Shown: positions 10,642 through 20,232 of the stretch, one piece after another
Layout: every line of letters starts with the position of its first letter
Position numbering within the stretch: the stretch's first letter is position 1
Source: Promethearchaeota archaeon
Lineage (GTDB): Archaea; Asgardarchaeota; Thorarchaeia; Thorarchaeales; Thorarchaeaceae
Assembly (NCBI GenBank): GCA_014728035.1
Contig: WJMJ01000018.1
Coordinates: forward strand, 64,001 to 128,000
Length of the DNA stretch: 64,000 nucleotides
Reading direction: 5' to 3'
The notes under the pieces: model-generated
What the model was told of the DNA's origin: nothing
Database searches by the model: none
What the model saw: only the letters and a program-made list of their open reading frames with translations
Made by a program: the position numbers and the translations under genes

Positions 10642-10760
10642 GTCTATGGCTAGCTCTAATTTTAAATCACAGCCTATCGAAAGGATAAATCTTGATTAGA
10701 GTTGAGTTTGGGAAGATTCGTAATTAACACGCACTCGTAAAATCGAAGAGATGCTGCATT

Positions 10761-11057
10761 ATGAAATCAATTTGTGATCTATGTGGTAGAAACCACAATG
10801 CAGATAGCATGTGGAAGAAGAAAGATGAACAATACTGTGTTCATTGTGCCGCACTGCAAGTGCTCAAGATTCAGTACAATCTTATTCCTCATGAAGCACA
10901 CGAAGAGATTGCCCGGATAAGTGTTGAAATTGAGAGGATGATATATCGTAAACGGGATGATGAAACGTTACCTTTGATTAGGAAATGCTTGATAATGGTC
11001 AATGGTATGACAGTTCCTGAGAGCATGGCTTCTCTTGTAAACGGTTCCAAGAAGTAG
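10761..11057 (+). CDS. Small hypothetical Zn-finger protein
   Basis: CDLC...CVHC followed by a helical C-terminus; fills an intergenic gap. Confidence 0.6.
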   Translation: MKSICDLCGRNHNADSMWKKKDEQYCVHCAALQVLKIQYNLIPHEAHEEIARISVEIERMIYRKRDDETLPLIRKCLIMVNGMTVPESMASLVNGSKK

Positions 11058-11142
11058 TATGGAATAGTTTTTGTGAATCCATATCTAATAATTCACTAAA
11101 CTCAAATAGACCTTACCAGCAAAGAGAAATCAGTGATCTACA

Positions 11143-11454
11143 ATGAGTCAAGATTCACAATCTTTACCTGAATATCTTCCTAATTTAGTAATTTTCTCCG
11201 TACTCTTGGTCGTTGAATACTGGGCATATGTAACTCACCTTGGTAATCTAGCTTTCTCTGGTGATTATGGGCCACTAGTAGGAATACCAATGATTATAGG
11301 CCTCGTTATCATGCTATTTGTTATTCTTGGGCTCTATTCAATTAGTAAGAGTTCCGAGATGCACAAGAAATTGCTCCCAATTGCCTTGATTCTCCTTCTT
11401 GTACAGATGGTACTAATGCTGTTCGAGTATCTCATACCAGCAATAGAAGCATAA
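11143..11454 (+). CDS. Small membrane protein (3 TM)
   Basis: Three hydrophobic segments; followed by a hairpin and T tract. Confidence 0.65.
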   Translation: MSQDSQSLPEYLPNLVIFSVLLVVEYWAYVTHLGNLAFSGDYGPLVGIPMIIGLVIMLFVILGLYSISKSSEMHKKLLPIALILLLVQMVLMLFEYLIPAIEA

Positions 11455-11473
11455 TCACAAAAATAAAGAAAAT

Positions 11474-11512
11474 ACTCCCCTAAGGTTACATGGGGAGTTA
11501 TCCCACTTTTTT
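11474..11512 (+). terminator. Hairpin plus T6 tract
   Basis: ACTCCCC (11474-80) / GGGGAGT (11492-98), then TATCCCACTTTTTT. Confidence 0.5.
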
Positions 11513-11981
11513 GAAGTATTACCAATGAAAGGCAGTTGGAGCCATAGTGTATCGAGGTCCAGAAATTTTGATTGTTGGTAAAGTGAAAATAAAAGACGCA
11601 CCCAGTGGCTCAAAAGATATTCCCATCCAATGGTTACTTCCTGGTGGAGGAATATTAGACTGTGATAGGTCCGAGATTGATGTAATCAAAAGAGAACTGC
11701 ATGAAGAAACAGGCTCAACGAGTTTCAGAATAGTTCAAGAACTTGATGACAAGATCTGTTTCCAATTTCCTCCAGAAATACGTGAGAGTTCAGGTTTTCT
11801 TGGACAAGAAACAATAATCTTTCTAGTGGAATATATTGGAATTGGAGATGACCTGATTCCAATTGATGATGAAATTGATAGAGTCGAATTTGTTACAAAA
11901 GAAAATCTATTTGAGAGAATATTTGTCAAAGAGATGAGAGAGTATCTTGAAGAAAGACTGTCCAATCTCATCCAAGCTTAA
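11511..11981 (+). CDS. NUDIX hydrolase (RppH-like) with a disrupted 5' end (in-frame TGA at 11526-28)
   Basis: Nudix box PGGG...KRELHEETG; the first strand KAVGAIV lies upstream of the ORF-track GTG (11547) and follows a TGA. Confidence 0.75.
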
Positions 11982-13425
11982 TTCTGTTAGTGGCGGTTCC
12001 CAAATACAATTTTGTAAATCCTTCATGTAAGTGATGCCTCAAGTACTCAAAAGTGACGAAGTGTTTCCCTTGCTCAAATTCATCAATATTATGAGTATGT
12101 AGAAAAGTTGCAGCTTGTGATTCATACTCGATTACTCCTTCAACCATAGTCATTAGAACATCTAAGTTAGCTAGCTCACTAGCTGGTACTGAAAGAGGAT
12201 TTCCAGATAACACAACCAAATCAGCTAATTTCCCAACTTCAATACTTCCTTTGATATCTTCCTGAAAAGTGCCATATGCTGCATCAATGGTCAACAAACG
12301 AAGAGCTTGTTCTATCGCAAGCGTTTGGTCCATCATCCAATCAGTAGGAGTCAACCCGTTTACACCCATACGAGTTACTGCCATAGAAAGTATTTTTGGT
12401 ACAGAACGAATATCCATCTGATTCCAAGGATAATCAGTACTTCCAATTGCAGGTGCACCAGATTCGATGATGTCTCTCCATCTCGCAACGAGATGAGAAT
12501 TTTGTTCCAACAGCGGAAATGAACCAGCTTGATTCCAGTCAGACGTAAACCATGAGAGCTGAAATGATGGAAGAATCTGAAGACTACTAATTCTATTAAT
12601 TTGGTCATCTCGAAGATAGACTAGGTGCTCGATTCGATGACGATAGAGATCATTTGATTCACCATCCAAAACGGATTCATAAACGTCCAACACAACATCT
12701 GTGGAATTGTCTACTACACTATGGATAGCAATCTGAAAGCCCAAATCATGAGCCTCCTGCACCAAACTCTTCAATTCAGAAGCATTGAAGTAATGAATCG
12801 GTCTCACATACGAACCATCCATAAAGAGTTTCACACCACCAATCCGTAATTTTGAACTGAACTCTTGGCCGGGTTGGTATGCTTTGTACCAATCACCGAA
12901 TCGCTCAAACTGCCAGCTTAGTGGCAGATATGCATTTACATGTAACCGAAGTCTATTCTGTTGATCTAATGCTTGCAATTCGTCTAACCGGTCTTGATTA
13001 ACAAAAAGCTCAGATACACTTGTCCAACCAGATTCAAGTAAATGATTAACTACTTCGTCGATATCACCGATATCAGTCAGGTATCTATCACCAAAATCAT
13101 GAGTATGAGAGTCAATGAAACCGGGTAGTATGGTGTTTCCTCCTAAATCAAAAACTGTTGTATTTGGTCCTCTCATAGCTAGAATTTCAGTATCACCTCC
13201 GACTGCAATGATTGAACCATTATGAATCGCAATTGCTTCAGCTTGAGCAGGTGAGTTTTCCATGGTGATTACTTCTGCATTATACAGTATCATATCTGGT
13301 TCTGGAGTATCTAGTAGATTAAAAGAGAATTGTAGAAAAACAAAACCCGTTGAACCAATTAGTATTATCATAACAATTCCAATCCAGATTCTGGACCTTT
13401 CAGTACTCATTGATCTTTTCACCAT
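11968..13425 (-). CDS. Membrane-anchored or exported amidohydrolase, YtcJ family
   Basis: N-terminal hydrophobic helix; PGFIDSHTH, KLFMDG, HRIEH, STD and GKLADLVVL motifs. Confidence 0.9.
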   Translation of the reverse strand: MVKRSMSTERSRIWIGIVMIILIGSTGFVFLQFSFNLLDTPEPDMILYNAEVITMENSPAQAEAIAIHNGSIIAVGGDTEILAMRGPNTTVFDLGGNTILPGFIDSHTHDFGDRYLTDIGDIDEVVNHLLESGWTSVSELFVNQDRLDELQALDQQNRLRLHVNAYLPLSWQFERFGDWYKAYQPGQEFSSKLRIGGVKLFMDGSYVRPIHYFNASELKSLVQEAHDLGFQIAIHSVVDNSTDVVLDVYESVLDGESNDLYRHRIEHLVYLRDDQINRISSLQILPSFQLSWFTSDWNQAGSFPLLEQNSHLVARWRDIIESGAPAIGSTDYPWNQMDIRSVPKILSMAVTRMGVNGLTPTDWMMDQTLAIEQALRLLTIDAAYGTFQEDIKGSIEVGKLADLVVLSGNPLSVPASELANLDVLMTMVEGVIEYESQAATFLHTHNIDEFEQGKHFVTFEYLRHHLHEGFTKLYLGTATNRIKLG

Positions 13426-13629
13426 TACAACGAGCTTTCTTATTGAAAAAGCTGGGTCTGTTATTGATGCAAACTATACTATTAAAATGTAGGTTACCAA
13501 TGTAAAACGAATTAAATGGATGAAACAATCTAACCTTGAAAAAAATGCGAAGGTTTTTACTAGAAAAATACATACCATATGTATCCTAGATTGGACTTTG
13601 CTTACGCTGCCACCGAGGAGTCCGAATAC

Positions 13630-14034
13630 ATGGGCACTGTATGGTTTATCGCAAAAGAATATTTGAAACGGCTTCAGGTGGATTTTGAGGAGCATGGAAG
13701 AAAGACCTTCAGTCTCTTTCCATTTGGACAGACAAAAACAGAACAGATTGAAATTTTTCCGGGAACTCACTGGATAACCTTAACCACGCGATTGCTTGAT
13801 CTTTGTGATACACCAGACGAAGTGAAGCAAACCTTCTTTCAAACTCTTTTGAAGGCAAATGCAAAACTCGCAGAGGTCAGCTTTGGAATTGATAAGAAAG
13901 AGTGTGTGATAATTAGAAGTGCAATTCCAGTAATCGGAATTAGTTATGACTCATTCAATGCAACCTACGAGGCCCACAAAAACGGAGTCAAGTTCTTTCA
14001 GAAAAGCCTGGCACCACTTGTTGAATCAAAATAG
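13630..14034 (+). CDS. YbjN / type III secretion chaperone-like (CesT fold) protein
   Basis: W-I-x-L...LLKANAKLAEVSFGIDK pattern; GAGGAG SD before ATG 13630. Confidence 0.7.
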   Translation: MGTVWFIAKEYLKRLQVDFEEHGRKTFSLFPFGQTKTEQIEIFPGTHWITLTTRLLDLCDTPDEVKQTFFQTLLKANAKLAEVSFGIDKKECVIIRSAIPVIGISYDSFNATYEAHKNGVKFFQKSLAPLVESK

Positions 14035-14038
14035 TTAC

Positions 14039-14069
14039 AAAAAGGAGAGAAGAGGGGACGAACCCCTCA
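14039..14069 (-). terminator. Hairpin plus U-rich tract ending the 1979-aa gene
   Basis: GAGGGG-ACGAA-CCCCTC hairpin; the minus strand continues TTCTCTCCTTTTT. Confidence 0.65.
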
Positions 14070-14075
14070 ATTATG

Positions 14076-17000
14076 CTATTTTTTCCGTCTGGAAGCTAGT
14101 AGCGCAATTATGACCACCACAATAGCCGCACTGCCCAGAAGGACAATGACATCCATAGGTATGTCTCCAATCGGAGCTGAAGGTTCTGTAGTAGTTGTTG
14201 TCGTTGTTGGTACTGTTACAGGACCTTGACCAACAATGTATGAACCAACCTGTGATGCATAACTATCGCCATCTGCGATAACCACCACTTTGAAGAACAC
14301 CTGCGTGTCTTCTGGGAAGGGACCAATCAGTCCGGTCCAGTGTGAACCATATACATTGGTCATATCTACACTAATCCAATTTGATTCATCCCTGCTATCA
14401 CCATAGAGAAGATAGACCTCTACATTTTCAAGTTCAGTAGAGATATCTACGCCAATCTCTACAGGGTCATCAGCAGTAGGAATAGTTGGATTGATTGACA
14501 ATGATGAGAAATCAACTCCAGTTATGGGCCCACTTTGGCCACTGCCAGATGCTGATGAATAACCAACAAAGACAGGATCCTGGTAGACGCTATAGCCACC
14601 CCATTCAGGGAATCCTATTGTGACATAGAACATGTTCGTACTGAAGGACCAACCTGTGGCACTCTGTCCGTTATCAGACTGGAATGAGTTCTGGAACGTA
14701 CCCATTGGTGTAGTATAGCTCAATACATCGTAGCGTTGAGATGTATTCTTACCCCAATCATAAGCAACTCCACCCATTATCATCTCAGCAAACTTAGCAC
14801 CAGAGGTGGCAAAGTTGAACGTTTCAGAGGAAACAGTTGTGTCTGATGTTGCAGCAGTACCATTAGCATCTACCGTGTATACATCATTCATTGAGACCTC
14901 AGCAAAGTAGTTCAAAGCTAATGAACGGTTAATTAGATTGTCACGTCCACCAGAGCGGTCTACGTCCCAATTACCAACATAGTTGTCTACTTTCAGGTCA
15001 GCATAGTTGTTCATGGCTCCAGCAGTTTCATTGATGTGACCTTGGAAGTGAACAAGGAATGAAAGTTCGTCTATACTAACCTTAGTTGGACGTTCATCAA
15101 AAGTTCTCAAATCCGAACCTGCCTGAACACCATCATACCAACCCCAATAACCATCCAAAGTATATGGGAATACTGTACCATTAACCTCAGTAAAAGTTAC
15201 ACCCCAAGTGACTTCATCAGTCAGGTTAAGACGTATGGAATCAGTGTCGTTGGTATTGCCATAAGCTTCACCAGGAGTAACAAAACCTACGCTGGTAACA
15301 GAATCTGGAATCAAGTAATGGGAGAGTTCTCCACTACCTGGGTCATCTGGAAATACATCCATCTGATTGTTTTCATTCTCATCTTCCCAAATCATCAATC
15401 CGCTATATTCGTAGTGCATGTTTATACCAAGCCAATGCTCAATATCATTCACTACGTATGAGGTACCATAATTCTGTCCAACACCAAAACTAAGCCAAGT
15501 CCAAGATTGTTCATTGGAAGATATCCAATCCCAACCATTTGCTTCAGCTTCAGCCAGAATATCAGCCCATGTAACATTCTCAGCCATCCATGAAAGATCC
15601 CAGTAACCAGGTTGTGGTTCACCTTCTTCCGTCAGTAATATGGCTTTGACCTCATCCATCTCACTGGCATTCAGTTGAGTGAATGTAGTAGCATCATACC
15701 AGTAGAAGGACTGATTCCATTCGTATGTCCATGTGAAGGTATCTAGACCCATCCAGGAATGAATGTCCATATTATCACCATAGGCAGTTACGTTGGGATC
15801 CCAATCAATATTGACTGACATCCTATCCCAGGTGTGATTCCAGCTGTCTGTAGAGGAGTATTCCTCTTGCACGAAGTATTGGTCATTTGTAGTTTCAAGA
15901 TTTCCATCTAAGTCTAGAGCACCATTACTCGGATTGGTAGTCCAGGATTGAAGTCCCCACATACCCCATTGCGGTACGCCAATAATAAGCTCGTTGAAGT
16001 TCTTGTTAGTAGTACTATCAATTGGCTCAGGTCCATAAATCATCGGATAACCCCATCGTTGTCGTAGTCTCTTGATGCTCTCCATATTAGCAGATGCAGT
16101 CACGTTAGCACCTTCATATGTGAAATTGTATAGTGCACGAGTACCGCGTTCCATATTTAGGAAGATATCTCCAGATGAGCTAGCATTAACAAGACGAAAA
16201 GTCCAGACAGTATAGCCATACCACTCATGTTCATAGGTTTCGCCATTAAAGTCGAAAACCCAATCATGGGTTGTACTATTTCTATAGGCATAAGCCATAT
16301 GAGTAGCTACAATAGGTAATTGTTCCCAGTTTGTTAGATTAATCCAAGTTCCATTCAAAGCTTTGTAGTAATAGTAAGTCACATTATCAATGAATTGTGA
16401 CTCAGGATACGTCATCTGTGAATAGAATGTAGTTCCGTTTACATTATACTCGTTCACTCTGAATACATTAGTTTCTTCAACTAACCAATCAGTTGAGTTG
16501 GTCACAAGATCTAGATATTCGTGAGTGTCATTGTAATAGATTGGCCAATCTGAATCGGTATATTCGGGGATATATTGAATTGACTCAATTACATTAAACG
16601 TAAGTGAATCATCGAAAGTACCAATATCTCCTAGGCGTCCAATCTGAACTGGATCCCAGATCTCTGTTCCATTTGCAGTGGTATATGGAATATTGGTGTA
16701 CTCATCTAATTCAAAAGATGTGCCACTGATATCAATCCAGGTGTCCCATTCTGTCAAATTATAGACTGGATAGTAAGTTCCTTGATATTTTGCAAATTTG
16801 AGACTTGGTACCAGTCCACCATCACTTTCAGTTCGTTCTACATCCCAGTAGTACTCAGCATTAGCTCCATCGTATGGCATCTCATATTCAACACCGTCGA
16901 TTTCAGTATACCATGCTCGATGAACACGCCAGCTCTCCAGAACTAGAGTTCGTTCGGAACCATCGTATTCCACATTGTAATAGTATTGTGGATAACTAAC

Positions 17001-19976
17001 ATAGGTCAAGACACCATCTATGGTCGTCTGATAACGATATCGATAGTTCACAGAATCATAGACTTCTTCAACCTCATAGAGGTTTCCGTCGGTATCAGTC
17101 ATATAGTATGTATTATCACGACTTGACCACCACCATTGAGAGAGCTCAAGTGTGCTACTCTCGCCATAACGAACAAACTTGTTCTGATTATACCGGTCTA
17201 CTTCTACTCTATCATAGAATTCAAAACTTTGAAGGTTCCATTTTTCGTATTCTATGCCACCTTGATGAACTACTCCATCAATATCAATCCAATAGATATA
17301 CTTAGTACTTCCATGAAGCCAAGATAGATGCTGTTCCATTGTTGTTAGGAAGCTGTCTCCAGTTGTAGTTGTAACATTGTAAATGTATGCAACATCATCA
17401 TATGTCACATAAATCTTTGATTCGTTCTTAAGTTCGTAGTAGTAGTAATCCCGGTCATTCACTGGATCCCAGTGATCGTAGAAGAAGAATTGCTCCCACG
17501 TATTTCCACTACTAGGATCATAGTTTTCGTATACTTTAATGGGGAGAATCTCGCCATCGATTTTGATGTAAGGAATCTCCTTACCCATTAGATAATCTGA
17601 TCCCTCATTTGTACAAAGAGTATTGTTGTAGTAAGCTAATTGGTTTTCAATTGGTGCAACATAGATTTGTTCACCATTGTGTTCGAAGCTATTAACCCAC
17701 TCTCTATCCCATGATAGAACATCGTAGTAATCCCATGGTTGAGTGTAGTCTTCATGCCAAGTATTATTCATAAATGAAAAGTCCCACCAATAACTGGTGT
17801 CAGCAACAGTTTCACTCATGTTTACTAAGAATGAAACGACCAGATCACCACCATCGGTCCAGTTATTGAAACTGGATATCTGACAGAAATCAGCTGGAAT
17901 AGCTGCTTCAGGACTCCTTGCAGGTATGTAGTTCTCCTGCCATTCATGTTCTAGTTGGTTGTAATACCACCATTGCCAATGCCAGTCTTCAATCTCTGTC
18001 CACTGCCATTCCCAATACTCACCATATGCCCAATCCCAAGTGTTGGTAGCTGAATTATATTCATAGTGCCAACCCGTGATATTTGTGTAGACATAGTCCC
18101 AGTAAGTACCATAGGTGTAGTTGTATTTCTCAGTCTTGTTGAATGCTGTGAATGTTGGATTACCAAGCATATCGAGAGTGACCTCATATGTCAGGTGAGA
18201 ATATCGAGATTCATCTTCGGTCCAATAGCCATCATGAGCTTCCAGCGAGAATCTTACTCCATCAATGGAGTTAGCAACTTGTAATCCTCCTTGAAGTCTT
18301 CCCTTAACCAAGAAGTTTTCACCCTTATCAGTCTGGAACATCCAACCAGTAGGTGATGTACCATCCGCATTGAGTATTTTTGCAATAGTAACAGGAGTTT
18401 CGATTGCAATCTCCTTAGCGTCTTGATACTCGTTCCAAGTCATCGGTGCATTATCTCCACCTGTATTTGGGCAATATTGATATCCATCAATACCCATTAT
18501 ACGATCCTCAAAATAGAAGGTGTATTGATTAGTAACAGGCATAGCCTGAGTGAAGTGGCCTACGAAATCCACAACTAACTCTCCACGAGCCTCAAAAGTT
18601 GTACATGCAGTATCATTTAGCTCGAAAAGTATTGGAAAGTCATCAGGTAAGGATTGTAGAACTAATTCCTCTTCATCCCAGACTCCCTCAACATAGTGAT
18701 CATAAGGATATACCCATGCTGTATACCCAGTCATAGTTTCAAAATTCCCTGTGGAAGCATTATAGATTAAATAGAGGTTTAGTTTTCGTGTATCATTTCT
18801 TAGAACTACTTCAGCTTCACTAGATTCAGTCGTTTCATTCCAGTACCATTCTAGTGCGTAATATTGCACATCTTCGAAGGTAGCAATATCAACCCAGTCT
18901 ATACGTTGATACTCTCCAAATACTTCTTCTTCATAGGAAACCTCAACTGTATCATCCCATACATAGGTGTCAAGAGTGTCATTGTAAACCCAACCACCAG
19001 TAGTGGTTCTTGTTTCCCAGTGTAGTCCAGAGTCGTTGACCATGGTTTCAATAGAATAGGGCATATCGAATATCAGAGCAGCGTAATCGATTTCACCAGT
19101 TATATTAAATCGCATTGTGAAATCGGTATTACGACTGACAGAATATAGAGTATCTCCATCTTGGTCAATTTTCTGAAGTGTATAGGAACCACCATAGGAG
19201 AAGCTCCAAGCATCTTCCCATGGAATACCAACAGCGATTCCTTGAAACTCGTAACCGCTTCCGTAATTGTATGTACCGATTGAGTTCCAATCTTCATCAA
19301 AAACCATCATATCAAGTTGGAAGAGACCAAGTGGTGCATACTGATTGAATTGTGTCTTGAATTCTACATAGTATGTATTATCATCAGTATAATTTTTACA
19401 GTTGTCTACGTCAAGGTCCATAAATGGATCAGTTGGATACGGGTTATCCAAGCTATAATTGTATAGATTAGTCCATATTGACCATGGTTCCCATGTAAAA
19501 TCAAAATCTTCGTAACCAAGTGTAAAATCAGCACTGAAATTTCCCCAGTTATCGGTCATGTACCAACCACGTAATTCTACCTTGCCTAGTTCTCCATCTT
19601 CAAAGACATTTTTCGGAACAATTACTTTGATAGTAAACCATTCTTCAACATTGACATACTCATCCATTTGCATAAGATGACCAGTCGAATTGTATATCTC
19701 GAATCGAGGAGATGGACCGAATAACCAATTTTTGTTTTCCCATGACCATTCATCGCTTGTAGAATTCGCGTCCTGATTCCATGAAACATACGTTCCATTT
19801 TCCGAGTGTGGTATATATGGTTCATATGCTGGTTGAGATTGAACAGTAGTCACTCCTGTCGTGTATTCATAAGATGGGACAGGTACTGCTGCGTTCGATC
19901 CAACTGCTAACATGGAGACCAGAAATAACGCGACGGATACAAGTGACAGAATCGTCTTTTGTTTATGTTGTCGCAT
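14076..19976 (-). CDS. Giant secreted, C-terminally anchored surface glycoprotein (candidate S-layer subunit A, about 1966 aa)
   Basis: Signal peptide MRQHKQKTILSLVSVALFLVSMLAVGSNAA; very W/Y/D/N/T-rich; dozens of N-x-S/T sequons; one Ig-like domain, poly-Thr linker, TM helix and RRKK tail; start reassigned to ATG 19976. Confidence 0.85.
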   Translation of the reverse strand: MRQHKQKTILSLVSVALFLVSMLAVGSNAAVPVPSYEYTTGVTTVQSQPAYEPYIPHSENGTYVSWNQDANSTSDEWSWENKNWLFGPSPRFEIYNSTGHLMQMDEYVNVEEWFTIKVIVPKNVFEDGELGKVELRGWYMTDNWGNFSADFTLGYEDFDFTWEPWSIWTNLYNYSLDNPYPTDPFMDLDVDNCKNYTDDNTYYVEFKTQFNQYAPLGLFQLDMMVFDEDWNSIGTYNYGSGYEFQGIAVGIPWEDAWSFSYGGSYTLQKIDQDGDTLYSVSRNTDFTMRFNITGEIDYAALIFDMPYSIETMVNDSGLHWETRTTTGGWVYNDTLDTYVWDDTVEVSYEEEVFGEYQRIDWVDIATFEDVQYYALEWYWNETTESSEAEVVLRNDTRKLNLYLIYNASTGNFETMTGYTAWVYPYDHYVEGVWDEEELVLQSLPDDFPILFELNDTACTTFEARGELVVDFVGHFTQAMPVTNQYTFYFEDRIMGIDGYQYCPNTGGDNAPMTWNEYQDAKEIAIETPVTIAKILNADGTSPTGWMFQTDKGENFLVKGRLQGGLQVANSIDGVRFSLEAHDGYWTEDESRYSHLTYEVTLDMLGNPTFTAFNKTEKYNYTYGTYWDYVYTNITGWHYEYNSATNTWDWAYGEYWEWQWTEIEDWHWQWWYYNQLEHEWQENYIPARSPEAAIPADFCQISSFNNWTDGGDLVVSFLVNMSETVADTSYWWDFSFMNNTWHEDYTQPWDYYDVLSWDREWVNSFEHNGEQIYVAPIENQLAYYNNTLCTNEGSDYLMGKEIPYIKIDGEILPIKVYENYDPSSGNTWEQFFFYDHWDPVNDRDYYYYELKNESKIYVTYDDVAYIYNVTTTTGDSFLTTMEQHLSWLHGSTKYIYWIDIDGVVHQGGIEYEKWNLQSFEFYDRVEVDRYNQNKFVRYGESSTLELSQWWWSSRDNTYYMTDTDGNLYEVEEVYDSVNYRYRYQTTIDGVLTYVSYPQYYYNVEYDGSERTLVLESWRVHRAWYTEIDGVEYEMPYDGANAEYYWDVERTESDGGLVPSLKFAKYQGTYYPVYNLTEWDTWIDISGTSFELDEYTNIPYTTANGTEIWDPVQIGRLGDIGTFDDSLTFNVIESIQYIPEYTDSDWPIYYNDTHEYLDLVTNSTDWLVEETNVFRVNEYNVNGTTFYSQMTYPESQFIDNVTYYYYKALNGTWINLTNWEQLPIVATHMAYAYRNSTTHDWVFDFNGETYEHEWYGYTVWTFRLVNASSSGDIFLNMERGTRALYNFTYEGANVTASANMESIKRLRQRWGYPMIYGPEPIDSTTNKNFNELIIGVPQWGMWGLQSWTTNPSNGALDLDGNLETTNDQYFVQEEYSSTDSWNHTWDRMSVNIDWDPNVTAYGDNMDIHSWMGLDTFTWTYEWNQSFYWYDATTFTQLNASEMDEVKAILLTEEGEPQPGYWDLSWMAENVTWADILAEAEANGWDWISSNEQSWTWLSFGVGQNYGTSYVVNDIEHWLGINMHYEYSGLMIWEDENENNQMDVFPDDPGSGELSHYLIPDSVTSVGFVTPGEAYGNTNDTDSIRLNLTDEVTWGVTFTEVNGTVFPYTLDGYWGWYDGVQAGSDLRTFDERPTKVSIDELSFLVHFQGHINETAGAMNNYADLKVDNYVGNWDVDRSGGRDNLINRSLALNYFAEVSMNDVYTVDANGTAATSDTTVSSETFNFATSGAKFAEMIMGGVAYDWGKNTSQRYDVLSYTTPMGTFQNSFQSDNGQSATGWSFSTNMFYVTIGFPEWGGYSVYQDPVFVGYSSASGSGQSGPITGVDFSSLSINPTIPTADDPVEIGVDISTELENVEVYLLYGDSRDESNWISVDMTNVYGSHWTGLIGPFPEDTQVFFKVVVIADGDSYASQVGSYIVGQGPVTVPTTTTTTTEPSAPIGDIPMDVIVLLGSAAIVVVIIALLASRRKK

Positions 19977-20182
19977 TTTCGTCAGTTCTCCCAGTGTACC
20001 TTGTATAACTCTCACTCAGCATAGGGTGTCAAATGTGCTCGAATAAATGGAGAGTCTTCAAGGTATATGGTGCGTCTTACAGAGTCTATGAAATACTCGT
20101 AAAACTAGAAATATAAACTCATACGGGATATACCATCCTTTAGAGCCCTGAAAATGTTCTATTTTTCGAATAGGATGGTGAT

Positions 20183-20220
20183 AAAAAAGAATAGATAGAG
20201 ACAGACTTGCTGTCTGCCTC
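20183..20220 (-). terminator. Hairpin plus U tract ending the 2266-aa gene
   Basis: Minus strand GAGGCAGAC-AGCAA-GTCTGTCTC followed by TATCTATTCTTTTTT. Confidence 0.65.
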
Positions 20221-20232
20221 TTTTATCCTATG

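Noticed and set aside
11526-11528. Selenocysteine recoding of the NUDIX TGA
   Set aside because: The position corresponds to Arg, not Cys, and the gene's 3' end overlaps the convergent gene, leaving no evident SECIS.
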